Source: Paramecium tetraurelia (taxonomy: Eukaryota). From it: a stretch of DNA of 64,000 bases. Every line of letters begins with the position of its first letter. Position 1 is the stretch's first letter. Location: contig CT868241.1 in assembly GCA_000165425.1 (NCBI GenBank), positions 372,001 to 436,000 of the forward strand, read 5' to 3'. The notes beneath the pieces are model-generated. The model saw only the letters and a list, made by a program, of their open reading frames with translations. It was not told the origin of the DNA and ran no database searches. Shown here piece after piece: positions 40,801-54,107 of the stretch. The position numbers and the translations under genes are program-made.

Positions 40801-42928
40801 AACAATAAAAGATATAATCAAAAGGCCTAATTCCTATATAAAATAACGCATAAGTCAAAAAGTCTTCAATAATGAATATTCCTAAGAAAGTCCACAATTT
40901 CGTTGAATTTTTACAAACGCATAATTACCCATCGATATTTCATGGAATGATTGGGTTAATAATAATTCATTTTCTGGTAGTGGTGTTCTATATCACTATT
41001 ACTGCTATTTTATTTGAATAGAAAAAGGACATTTAATCGAATTGCATAATTTACACTTTTAGTGACGTTGATTATTTTAATGGTTTTAGTTTAATTCTCT
41101 CTGGTTCCAGACACACAATATATAACTCAAATTATCTAAATATATTAGAACCACTAATTTTAAAAGTTGACAATCAAGCATTTAAATTGACAAGTAAGGA
41201 TTGCATAGTCATTTCATGGCATTTATTAATGTCAGGTCAATATGATCTTGTTGGAAAGTATGAAAACTATTCTAAGATACTTATAGGATATGAATAAAAA
41301 TAGATTCCTTACTATTTTCCCGATTATTCTAATTCAAAGATCCAAAGCTAGATGTTACTTGATTAAGCTGCATATTACAATGCGATGTACCTTTAATTTT
41401 ATATTACTTATCGCAGTATATTATCATTAAATGCGTACCTATCTGGTGGGAATGACAACATATTTTTGTAATTAAATTATTTAAATTTAGAGTGAGATAA
41501 AGATATATACTTTATTTCAATTATTAAGATGCCATTGAATTGACTGGTGATTCAATCCAATCGTGCTATGATTATAATAACGATGCAAATAAATATTTTG
41601 ATTCTTTCACTTAAATATGGTTTATCAATATGTATGTGGTAGCAATCTTACTTCTAATATTCCACATTGCAACTCTTCTTAAAATTAAAAAGGTAATACA
41701 AATTTATTTGAAATAATTTATACAAGTAGATTATGAGGAAAGTTAAATAATAGTCAAATAATTTGAGAATATGTTACAAACCTTAAAATAAGAAAACATC
41801 TTATTGAAATACTAAGAGTTTGAAGCTATCAAATAGATTCCATAAAATGTTTTGTAAGTTTTGTAGCAACAAGAAACTAAAACAACTTTATCAGACGAAA
41901 ATGAAAATAATAATAACCGCAAAAAAAGAGTGACATCAATTAATGCCAAAAAATTAAGTTTTGCTAACCCATCTTTTTCAATCAGGAAATCCCTTTTGCT
42001 TTATATTTTCTTGATGTTTCTTAAAATATCCTTTTTAGTCGTATTTGAGATCTATTATGAATACTTATCTTCTGGTATTGCACCTGCAGCCAAAAGAGAG
42101 TTAGAATCATAATAAATGAGGTTAGATTTCATTATGACAATAAATATGTGGGATACATACATCTTAAAATCATTTTATAATGCAACTCAACATATAGCAA
42201 ATACTAGTTCTAAATTTAATTATAAAAATTAAAATATCCTCAACAACTAAAAGCTATTCAATTTGTTAGAAATTGATAAACAGTATTTATTGGAAAAAGT
42301 CAAAGTTATTCAAGCTTATGACTTAACTGATTTTTTATATCATAATTAAGATGAGTAAAATTCAAATTTGTTGATTTCTGAATCCAATAAATAAATCTTG
42401 TTGGGTCAAGATGTTTGCTAATTGACAAATTGTAATATGAAAAATGATTTATTCCATGATCGTCCTTATACTGAATAGTTGATAGACTATTATTAAGTTG
42501 GCCTTATATAATTATTTAAGAATGTCTTGTAAGTAATTACAGAGCACAATTATTTGATAACAGATGACTCTTTAACACCTGAATAAAAAGTTTAAGGGAT
42601 TGCCTAGATGTATCAGTCTTTCAATTACTTTATTTATGTCTTTTATGGATTGGATGCTACCTAATATCAGATAGCATAGTTTTGTAAATATTTTTTAGAT
42701 TAAACCTTAAATTAATTAGAATATTTAACATCATCAGACATTGCTTATATTTTATCTTTTGGGATTTTATTAATGATAATTACTTTTATCGGCGAATTCT
42801 ACATAATCATCCATTACTTTAACAAATTTGAATTAGCAAAAGAAAGCATAAGACAAATCCCATTAGAGACCTTATTTCAAAAAGGAATCCCAAAAAAATT
42901 AAACAATATTATGATGAAATATAAATGA
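37885..42928 (+). CDS. large multi-TM PAS-domain protein (TmcB-like), paralogue C
   Basis: VHRVHCQDLLCPC, FFGY...IKQLMPSKFAEVHSGLVENF, SGSRH, YGLD, C-terminal IRQIPLETLFQKGIPKKL. Confidence 0.8.
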
Positions 42929-42983
42929 ATTTATTTAAAAAGTATTTAATAAACATTTAATAAATATATAAATCTACACAAAA

Positions 42984-44129
42984 TCATAAAGTTTAGAATA
43001 TTTCAGAGTTAGTATTAATTATTTGGGTAAATAACTTGATCAATTTTTCATGAAATTCTATGTGAATTTAATTTAAACAATTATTGTATGAATCCATCCA
43101 ATCTTATGAGTCAGGCAAAATTAGTTCCTACTTTATTTTAATTATATTTTCTATTCCAAATTCAGTTATCTTCTAAATCTAATATAGTATTCCTTTTTTA
43201 ACAATTAAAAGTTCATTCTCATTTAATTTGTAATGAGTTTGCTCAAAGATGAAATCTTAAAAGGCATCTAAACATTTGGATTCATTCTTTTTTATATCAT
43301 CACATAGATCTTATAGAAACTTTTACACTTTTTCCATATAAGTATTCAATATTTTATCTTAAATGCTTGAATCTAATTATTTCAGGATTGTTTAAGGATC
43401 GATTGAATAAATGCAATCAAAATTCAGATCAACATTTTGGATGTTAAACATATCTTCTTATTTCTCATCTATCACTTTAAGAATAATATTATATGCATTT
43501 CCTACGCTTCTCCAGATAGGTAATGGAAATCTGTCTCCATTATGAATAAATATATCGAATCCAATTATTTTTCCTAAACTGAAAAGTCTTTCTTGATTAA
43601 ATATCTTTTTCGCTCTTTCTCCTTGAAAGCAATACAGCTGAAGACCAGGAATATATTCGATGATTTCAAAGTAAGCAACTTTTAATTTCTGTTTAAGTCT
43701 ATGCGATAGTACTTCATCCGTTGATGCTGCAAACAAAATGTCGTTTCTTAGATCTTACATCTCTAAATCGCACCATTTTAAACATTTCATTTAAGTTGTC
43801 TTAATATCAAGTGCCTATGCTAATTTGTTAAGAAAGAGCTCCACACCCACTTAGCCTGATAACTTAAGAACGAGTGCACCTTATTCTGAATCTATAAATA
43901 TCACTCCTCTGGAACCAGAATCACTCATCTTAATTGATTTAATTTTCTTTAACTTTATGAAATCAAAGTCCACATAAGGTTTTGCTGCAAAATCAAACTC
44001 TTACAATTATTATTTGGATTTATTGGCATTTTGCTCTTCTATTTGTTATTCAACTATTTCCTAAGACCTTGCATGAATGTTTTTGATCTATTTATTTTAT
44101 TTCATTAATTATAATGGTTATTCTTCCAT
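42984..44129 (-). CDS. actin-fragmin kinase catalytic-domain protein
   Basis: Intronless 381 aa: SGSRGVIFI...LVLK, IEYIPG, LGKIIGFDIFIHNGDRFPLPIW...GNAYNII, CIDP. Confidence 0.82.
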
Positions 44130-44948
44130 ATCAGAAGTTTATATATTACAATGAATTCTGTTTAATTATGAAGAAAATTTATGGTTATTATAATTGTATG
44201 TTTTGGTTATTTTATGTGTATTTTGTAATTAAATCAAATTGATTATTGTTATGGATTATATCTTGAGATTTAAAGGAATTGTTCTAGTAATTTTTATTTA
44301 ATGTTCTTATTACAATCACATTCTCATAATTTTATTCAGAAAAATAAATAACTAAACATTTCTAAAAATATAAACAAGATTTATAATTTATATGTCTTTA
44401 TTTCAAATTTATCACTTCAATTCTTAAAGAAAATAATTTTATCAAAATCTATCGATATTTTATCTATCTCGAATTGTTAAATTTTAAGGATATTTTATTA
44501 AGTTTACTAGTTTATTAAAAATGACTTCCATATATTCTATTTGATTTGACTCAAATAATTAATTACAGATTACTTATTTCTCATTCATTTTATATAACAA
44601 CCCATGATATATACTATATTTCTTGTTATCAACCATTTCCTAGAATGATAGTAGAAATAATTTCAATCGTTTATATAGAAAGGTACTTCATTTATACTTG
44701 AATAAGCAATCCCTCGTTTGACTAGATGATATCTAAACTTTTTGAGTGATATTAGAATTATTCAATAATTTATTATGACTTTTTAATCCATAACAAATTT
44801 GCTTTCATTTAATAAGAACAAAAAAAATGATAATACACTATTTATTTTTGTTTAAAAACTGGCCACTTACTTAATATCAAGAGTTTAGAGAACTCGGTTA
44901 TCTCTATCTAAAATTAGCTAATATAATATTAAAAAATTTTGTTAAATA

Positions 44949-46266
44949 ATGGGAGAAATTATTTAATTGAGTTTTGGAGATATTGCAAATAATATTGGAC
45001 ACTAATATTTAGAGAAACTGATTGATGATCATTGTCTAGATGATAAGAACAACTCAACAAAAGATTAATATAGACAAAAAATTCATGTATCATTTGAGGA
45101 GTTAAAAACTCAATAATATTAGTTTAGAGGAATATTTGTTAATTCAAGCGATTGTAAAATAACAAATTATATGATAAGAATCCATCCATAAACTATTAAT
45201 ATCTCCTGAATCTGAATACATCAATAATGATTTAATACTGGAGAATGGAAATAGAAATAAATCAGGTACCTTTTCAAATAGCTAATTGAACTTTAGAGAT
45301 TAAATAAAAGATAAACTGTTTGAAAAATTGAGACATTAGATTGAGAAATGTGATAAATTTTTTGGATGTCAATTTGCTCATTCAACTTATGACTATTCAT
45401 CAGGTTCATCGTCAGTAGCAATAGATTCATATAAGGAAGGCTATCCTTATTCTCCATTTTGCAGTTCTTTTTCTATACTTCCTAATATTGTAAGTTCTAA
45501 TACAATTGAGATTTATAATACTTGTTTTTCAATGCATAAATTAATTGAGTATTGCGATGTTGTTATGCTATTTGATTATGGAGCTTTAGAAAATTAATTG
45601 ACAAAACTAAGATAATTAAGCACTCTTGAAAATTGCAATAATGTAATAGCTGAATGTTTATTATAAATGAATTGCTCTTAACGATTTCCTGGTTATTAGA
45701 ATGGAGACTAAAAAAAATTATCTACAAATCTAATTCCTTTTCCTCGTTTGCACTTCTTAACCTGTGCATTTACACCTATTGAAATTGTATCGGATTTGAA
45801 TTAAAAATTAATAAATTTATGTCTGCCTACTAACTCTTATTTCAGCTTTCAAAACGCTACTAGAAATTTGTACCTTTCTCAAGCTTTTATTACTAGATGC
45901 AATTCATATTATTTAGATTTTTAATATGCTTTGTCAAAATTATAAAATAACATAGAATGGATACCAGATGCTGTATTTCACATCAATTGTAAAATTGAAA
46001 ATAGAAATTTAGGAAAAACAGCTATGCATGTGGGTAATCATAGGGATTTAGGGCACAGTTTTAAATAACATTGTGAGATATTTACTGCAAATTTCAGAAG
46101 GAAAGCTTTCATCCATTATTATTTATAAGATGGGATGGATGAAATGGAATTTACTGAGGCTGAGTCAAATATGAATGATTTTATCTCTGAGTATTAAGAT
46201 TATTGTTATGGTTGTGAAATATCAGAATATGAAGAAGAGGAGTAACAATCTGAATACGACTTTTGA
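44949..46266 (+). CDS. divergent beta-like tubulin
   Basis: MGEIIQL, EKCD..G.Q..HS, EIYN, RFPG..NGD.KKL.TNLIPFPRLHF, FRRKAF...GMDEMEFTEAESNMND.ISEYQ, acidic tail; one 25-nt intron, 430 aa. Confidence 0.9.
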
Positions 46267-46577
46267 AATTAATTATAAATTATTAATCATACATAAATAA
46301 AGCCATTTTCTAGACATTTCTAGAGAATATTAAAGTGCTAACAAAAATTACCATAATTTTATCTGTTGATAAAACTACAGATTTTTAGGATGTACTTTTT
46401 TAATAAGAGTTTAAATAGAGTATGTGGAAGATAATAAAGGAAGATATATCAACAAAATAAAATATGATCTCAATAAGGAATAAATAGAGTTTCCATTATT
46501 TTTATTAAATTAAATTGTTTTAATAGCAATATTATATGATGTATCTTATCAATACATCACTAGTCATAATTACTCAC

Positions 46578-46872
46578 TCATAATATTATATTTGATAAAT
46601 CAAATTATTATTATTAAGGCTATGGCTCATTCAATCCTATCAAATCAATCGTTTCTTATTGAGGATTTAAAGGTAATTATTAAGATTATATTTAGGCATT
46701 TTGAACTCCAAATTATTGTTAACTGTTTCCACCCCAGAAATTTGTTGATGGTTGAGTTGATTGATGGGATTATTCAGTATAATTAGTAGTCATGTCCCAG
46801 GCACTATTTGATGGAGAGGCAGAAAATGAATTAATTTGCATTTATTATACTTGTTATTATACATGTTATTGT

Positions 46873-46905
<33 letters not shown>

Positions 46906-48392
46906 TATTACGGTTAATTGAATTGGGTATCCCACTAAAAAGGATTTGGACTTGGAGAATGAGAAGTTGAAACAAATCCAAAATTATCAAAAGCTTATTG
47001 ATTAGATTATTGTTAGGCCCATTAATTAGAACTATCCCAAGCATTGTTTAAACTAAATCCTTATTGTGGATTGTTAAATTAAGCAAAAATATCTTACGAT
47101 GACTTTGATTATTGTTATTATTAATTAAATTCAGAGAATGGCTGAAATTATTGTTACTACTATTATCTTTATTATTATTGTTATTATTATTGCATTTATT
47201 ATCTCTAGATATATTATTGTTAAGGTTATCTAATTTACTATTATTGTTATTTGACTTAAGTCTTTTCTGTTTATATCTTTTTTTATAAGTTCATTAATTC
47301 ATCAATTGGAATATCTCCATCAAATTTTTTCACCTTGAAACTATTTTTATTATACTATTCCATTTCTTGTTCCAATTTCTGTTCTCTATTTTTAATTTCA
47401 ATTGCTTGTGCCTAAAATTTGCTTCAAACATATTACATTCAATTATATATATGGTAATGAATTAAATTAAGCTAGAATTCTTTCAATATCAAAAATAGAT
47501 GGTCTTAATTTTGGATCAGGAGTAAGCATAAGTCTAATAAAATCAATCAACTTGTCTGAATATCTATGCTATTTAGGCATATTATATGTAGCAGTTGAAA
47601 TGGCTAGTTTTGAGCTCTCCTGAAATGGATGAATGAAAAAACACAACGTGTATAGTACACATCCTAACATCCAAACATCGGCTTTCTCTCCTACTTCATA
47701 TCTCAAAAACAGGTCAGCCATTTCCGGTGGTCTATACATTAAAGTTGTATTTTTTTCCCATTCTTCCTCATAAATTACGAAATCAGATTATCTGATTTGA
47801 CTAAGATAATTAAGATAAAAATTCAACCTTAAGTCGACTCTTTGAGTGCTAGCTGATCCAAAATCACACAACTTGCATCTTCCGTTTTAAAATAACACAT
47901 TCTCTATTTTAATATCCCTATGAGTCATAGCTGGTTGTAAAGTATGCAAGGATTTAATGCCTTATGTAATTTCCTAAGAGAATTTCAATGATCATATATA
48001 TACTCTCATATAGCCTAAGAGTTATTCTTCTGGAAATCTTGCATTTGGATCTTTAGCCATCAAATCAAATAAACTTCCTCCTCCACAAAATTCCATTAGA
48101 ATCAAACATACTTGCTGTCCTTTGTCTTATATAAAAGTGCCTCCAATGAAATTGACCAAATTTGGATGTCTAGGTAATCGTTTCTGGATAAAATTTGAAT
48201 TTTTCATACCATAATTTCCAATTCATTTCTAGCTACTTTTGTTCTCTCCTCTCCTTAACAATAAGATTTTTTCAATGCAAAAACCTCTTTGGTGTTCACA
48301 TCAATTGCTTTCAGTATGTAACCATATCCACCTTCAGATAATAACTTTTCTTCTTAAATTGTACGCCCATTAATGTTATATCTAGATAGCAT
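46578..48392 (-). CDS. NAK-family (AAK1/GAK/Ark-Prk) Ser/Thr kinase with Gln-rich tail
   Basis: LSEGGYG, THRDIKIENVL, LCDFGSAST, EKNTTLMYRPPEM; tail with polyQ, NPF and IDLIGL. Confidence 0.9.
46865..46910 (-). repeat. (TAA/CAA)n tract encoding polyglutamine in the NAK kinase
   Basis: tta/ttg triplet run on + strand, in frame with the kinase tail. Confidence 0.8.
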
Positions 48393-48977
48393 ATTAAAAT
48401 TATTATAATCATTCACATTCACTCCAATTAAATTATTTATGTCGATTGTTAAGTTTGCAGGAATTTTGCTTTCTCAAACTCGACCTTAAAGAGGTAGATC
48501 GTTTGAACCAGCAGAAGTATCATTAGTTTTTAATTTAGGTAATATTTCATCATACATTCTTGAGTTTTTGAATTTATTTTAATATCTTGAAATATTTCAT
48601 GCCATTGTATCATTGTATTTATTCCTTTCTGGTTGCAACCCAAACTGAGATATTTTCATAAGTTAATAATGGAATTTCTAAATTAAATCTAACTCATTCT
48701 TATCTTATATTTACCTAACTCCAAGTTTTATCTTTTCCATTTAGTCTAATAATCTCTTTTTGCACTTCAATAATATATTTCTTTTTGTGCTTAATTACGT
48801 TAAAAATAACAAACTATAAAATACCTATATATTATTATTATGATAAGAAGAGAAAAAATACAAAAATTTGAAGAATGGAAGACAATTATTGATATTACTT
48901 AAGATAGATAACTATTAGAAAGAATAAAATTAAAGATTCGTTATTTTAAATAAGACTATTGTTAAAAAATATAATAA

Positions 48978-49522
48978 TCATTACTGTTTTCCCTTAACCC
49001 AGGTACCTTCAATGACATGCCCATTTGGTTAAATTAATTTACCTTTACCGTCCTGTTTACCATTCTTCCAATTGCCTATATATTTCTAACCATCTGGCCA
49101 TCTTAGCTCTCCAAATCCATGTTTCTTGTCATTTTTGAATTCGCCTGAAAGTTAAATAAATGCAATACCAACATACTCCTTACCTTCATAAATAAGCGTA
49201 CCCTATCCTTCCATCTTACCATCTACCCAGTTTCCTTTGTACACTTTGCCATTGTACCAATAATATTCACCATAACCGTGAAAATTTTCATTCAAGAATT
49301 CACCTTCATAGTGAGAAGAATCACCCCATTTAAATATCCCCTTTTTTACTTTTTTGCCTTTCTCGAAAAAGCCTTCAAATGAGGTTCCATTGTCCCAATG
49401 AATTTAACCTTTTCCATCCTAGTTTCACCTTAACAATATACAGGAAGCCCATCTTTAATTTCGCCATTGTATATTCCTCCATCTGGGAAAGTGTAAGGAA
49501 CTTGAGAATAACAAGAGCCCAT
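48978..49522 (-). CDS. small MORN-repeat protein with N-terminal MGSC
   Basis: Repeated Y.G.F/W......G.G units (YEGEFLNENFHGYG, YKGNWVDGKMEGQG); two introns. Confidence 0.88.
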
Positions 49523-49541
49523 AAATTAGAAATAAAAATAA

Positions 49542-50847
49542 TCAATCAAATTTATGTTCAATCAAATCAAGTAATCTAAGTTTGTTTTTATTAAATAGCC
49601 TAAGATCATCTTAATCAGCTGCTTCCATTAAATACGTTGCCAAATATTTGAGTTCCTAATCGTTTTTATCATCATGCCATTCTAATATGGGTATCCCATT
49701 CTCAATCTAAAATCCAAACGAATGAGCAAGATTGTCAACAATAAGCATATTCTTAATTTGCTTATTTGCTATAATCCTAAGATCCTTAATGTAGAACCCA
49801 TTTTTAGTTTCTAGACAATTCTATCTTGACAAAATGCCTGAAATCCATTAGCCTTTAGGATCCAAGTACTTGACAATGGTGTTAGCATAAGCACTCGATG
49901 AAGCAGTATAGACATAGATTGTATACAGTAAACTCATTTATTATAAAAACCATTAACAAAATGGACGAACATTTAAATATATCTACAAAAAATAGAAATG
50001 TTGAATTACTCTTGCTTCCTCCCCCTATTCACTGACTGCCAATATGCAAGTCTAAGACTTTTCTCTAGCTGAACAACTGTGAATTAAAGTTTCGTCCAAA
50101 TCTAAGAGCAGGGTTTTTGCTTTAGGAGTTCGAGCTTCTGGTAAAACTTGCATTTTAGTTTTAATAAAACTATTGCTAGGGCCCTTTAGACAACGAGTAG
50201 CATATATTAATCCTCTTTAAGTAAGTTGTAAGAACTTGTTGAATGCATGTTCCCCGATGGAGGGTCCATAGATTAGATGTCGAAAAGGGTGGTTGGAGAA
50301 TTTACATCGAGCATTCTATTTAGATTTTGACAATTCAATGTCAGAATTGACATTCCTCTGCAATTTGCTATGATTATGAGATATCTTACACTTGAAAAAC
50401 TTATTGGTTGTTAAACTCTTGCATCTTCTATTGGATTTTAGTTTCTTGGTATTTTACATTGTAGGGATCTTCATTGTTAGTTTGAGTTTTATAGGTATTG
50501 ACATCTTCTTCCCTGTCTTCTTCAGCACCTTCAACGTCACCTTCTATTCCTTTCATTAAATTCCTAAATTTTGACAGTTTTTAACCTACGATATATTTTT
50601 TTTTACTTGTTGGTCCTTATTTCGCATTCCTTGGGGAATCTTTATCTGAATCATCAGTTTAGTATCCAGTGAGGTTTTTACTAAAATGTGACATTTTACT
50701 AGGAGGTTTACTGAGTTATTTTAACTAGAAATCATCCTGCTAATTAGATTCAGACTATTCATCTTCTGAGTAAAACTGTTTATCATTATTTAAGTGCTAT
50801 AAATGTTAGGCCGAGGTACTGGCTCTAAATTTATATATATTATCCAT
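49542..50847 (-). CDS. SCP/FCP1-like (NIF) CTD small phosphatase
   Basis: LLLDLDETLIHS, VRPFC, YTAS..AYA, IKDLR, IVDN, NGIPILEW. Confidence 0.92.
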
Positions 50848-50863
50848 TTAATTAAATATTATA

Positions 50864-52175
50864 ATGGATTCTAAATTATTTGAAGAATTTGATTACTTGG
50901 ACAAAGATCAGAAAAATCAAATGCTAATCAATATGAAATCATATATTAATCAGTTGCAATCCTAGGTTTAAGAATTGGAGAGAAGTGCCATCGATATAAT
51001 CATAGAAAAGGATGAAAAGATTTTATAGTTAGAGACACTTCTAAATTAGCAATCGCCATCCAAACATTATAACAAAGATGAGGAAATCCTTCAATTGAAA
51101 GCGTATCATCTATTATTTTACACTAGCCATATAACCGAGCTCTACTAAAAGATTGACGTAGATTAAACCTAACATTATGAAGAATTATAAGAAATTGATA
51201 GAAAATGGAATTCATATTTATTAGAATAGATCCAATTAAGTAGTCAAGATGGGCAACAATAAAAAATTGAAATGTTAGAATCATTGCTTAACCTAGAAAA
51301 AAAGAATTAGAAGTATGATCAAGAAGTATACTTTAAGGTAAATTCTAGCTGAAAATCAAAGATAATCAAAATATGATAGACAAGAATACTATTAGCACTT
51401 TAATTAATAAAATTCAATAATTGTAGGATGAATCCTAGGAACTCAACTAATAATTGATCAAAATGCAAAGAGAAAATGATTAACAGCATGAACATTTTCA
51501 ATCCAATAAAAATGCCCTCGAAATCAAAATCAATGTATTTTATCTATCTTATCAAAGAAATTAAATATATTGCAGAATCAAAGGGAAAAACAAGTCATGA
51601 CTCTAAAGACACAGAATGCAAAGTTAATTTAAACTAATAAAGAATTATTAAACTAGATCAACGAATTAAGAGAATAACTAGAGAGATAGACTGAAATCAA
51701 GGATTAAAGACATTCAGAGAATTATCTTTTACAATAAACAGCTAATACAATCGATTAGATATAAAGAGAAGAAGTCAATATCACAGCATTTGAAATCTTT
51801 GAGGAAAGTTATGAAGAAAAGGATTAGATGACTAATTTGAGATAAATTTTAGATGAAAAATCAGAATAGATAGTTTAATATGAAGAATGTATTAGATAAT
51901 CTACAAAATAGATAAAAGAACAAAGAGCACAATTATAATTGTTATAATATTAGCTCAAATAAATAAGATAACAATAATTCAATCAAAAGAATCTCAAAGA
52001 ATATATATAGGCTTTGGAAAGTGATTTCTTAGTTTCCAAACAATTATTAGCAGAAAAAGCAGATCGTTATTAGGAATAGATGATATTATTGACTTAGGAG
52101 AATTTCAATCTCAAACAAAAAGTTAAATGCTTTTAATCCAGGTATCATAAGAAAATTAATAGAACTGTCGATTGA
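50864..52175 (+). CDS. hypothetical coiled-coil protein
   Basis: MDSKLFEEFDYLDKDQKNQMLINMKSYINQLQ... heptad-rich; several tiny introns. Confidence 0.7.
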
Positions 52176-52602
52176 TTTTAACATTGTATAATTTACTTTC
52201 TATATAAATTACAAAAATAAATTTAATATTAAAATTAATAAGAAAATTTATTATTTGAAAATAATCTTATTTTCAAATTCTACATTTTGACTTCTTGTTA
52301 ATTATATAACATTAGCTATACTGAAAATCAAAGTTCAATGCATCTAAAAGTTATCTTAGCTAATAGTTAAGATGAAGGATTTTCGCGCTTGAGTTAAGTT
52401 TAATTTCAGATTCAATCTCAAGATATCACAAAGCATTATTAAATTTAATTCATTCTTAATTCATTGTCTAATTAATTTTATAATTTGGTGTTTAGATGAT
52501 ATATTTTATGTTGATTGTTTACAAGATAATTATATTATAGGCTCTAATAAAAATACAAAACTAAATAACAAATTTATTAAAATACTTTTATTTTATAATT
52601 AA

Positions 52603-53268
52603 ATGTAAAATCATTGTGACTTAATACTTAATGAAAGAGGAGTTTTATGGTTGGGAGATTGTGAATCAGCATTTAATGCAGTATAAAATTCATTAATTTT
52701 AGGAGTTCCTAAAAATTAAAGGAATCAGAACTGTTATAACCGTGGCAGCAGGATTAAAGTTAAAACTTGATGGGATAGTGCATCACATAATAGAGATACT
52801 TGATAGTGAAACAGCGAATATTTCACGATATTTTTAAATTGCTAATGAATGGATAGAAAGAGGACTTAACATTGGTGCTGTTTTAGGTAGTAGAAATAAA
52901 TTAAAAGAAGCGAAGTTCATTGCATGGCAGGCATCTCCCGTTCGGCTGCTATAGTAATTAGTTATCTGATTGAAAAGAAGAAGATGAGTTATAATTAAGC
53001 CTTGTCTTTTGTAAAATCTAAAAGACCCTAAATTAATCCAAATAAGGGTTTTAGCAACTAATTATAAGCATTTAGTGCAAAATTCTCTTAACCCCCATTG
53101 TGCAAAAACACAAGGACCAACAATTTCTAACAAAATCAAGAATACTATGAATGCAATCATTATTTTCCAATGAATCGGAAGGGATCAGCAAGAATCTTGC
53201 AACAAAATATGAACTTTTATAAATCAATAACTAAGTCTTTATCTTAGAGTAAGAATAGCAATAAATGA
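52603..53268 (+). CDS. dual-specificity protein phosphatase
   Basis: LWLGD, VLVHCMAGISRSAAIVISYL, KRPQINPNKGF; two introns. Confidence 0.92.
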
Positions 53269-53622
53269 GTTTAATTTATTCATTTCACCTATCAAAAATG
53301 AATCTTTTTCATCTATTTATTTAAAACACTTATTTTAATATAACAATTTAGATGATCATAATTAAATTATACAATCAGAGGAGGAAGTGCTCTTTACTTA
53401 GAAGTTGATCGTGAATTATAGATTTTCACATAATCACACTTTTTTAATGGATTCTGAATTGTTAATTTTTTTTTTATACTATATATATATATAAAATCAT
53501 TTAACGAATAGCGTATAATTAGCTCCTAATGATACAATAAATAAATTAACAAGAGTCTAATTTCTATATAATAGTAAAGTATTGAGAATTTGGGGATAAT
53601 TTTTATCTTATAAATTAATTAA

Positions 53623-54093
53623 ATGAGAAAATAATAATAAGAAGAATCAGAAGAAGACTAAGCATCTCTATTGCCAATAAAAAATCATATAAAACGAATT
53701 GAAGTAGATGTTTGATCTAGGTTAATTTTAGGAAATGTTAGTGCTATTAAATAATGATCTTGTCAATGATGCTAAGGATATTGATAAGAATAGGTAAGAT
53801 ATCCGGAGTTTAGGAGAAGCTCAAAATAAAGAAAGAACAGAATTGCATAACTCATTACTCGATCATTGTCATAAAATTGTAACTGATATGCGAGAATTAA
53901 ATCAACAATCAAAAAGTGAAACATATAATCTTAAACAATAAGTAATCAACTATATTATGCAAAGCTTTCATGCCTTAACCAAGATAAGATTAGATTATAA
54001 TAAAATTTAATTGTACTCGAAAATAAAGTAATAGAAACTGACAAGGACATCGGCTTTAAGCGTAGAAATTAATAATTAAATAAAAAAAAATGA
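53623..54093 (+). CDS. small coiled-coil hypothetical protein
   Basis: MRKQQQEESEED...LNQDKIRLQQNLIVLENKVIETDKDIG; two introns. Confidence 0.7.
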
Positions 54094-54107
54094 ATTAAGA
54101 GTTATAG

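Noticed and set aside
46790..47044. Poly-Asn ORF
   Set aside because: Off-frame reading of the NAK kinase Gln-rich tail
48419..48800. Possible N-terminal extension of the NAK kinase or a small separate gene
   Set aside because: TGAs in every frame tried; no consistent exon model found
48978..50847. Apparent phosphatase-MORN fusion
   Set aside because: An in-frame TGA at 49542-49544 and a separate MGSC start at 49522 indicate two genes
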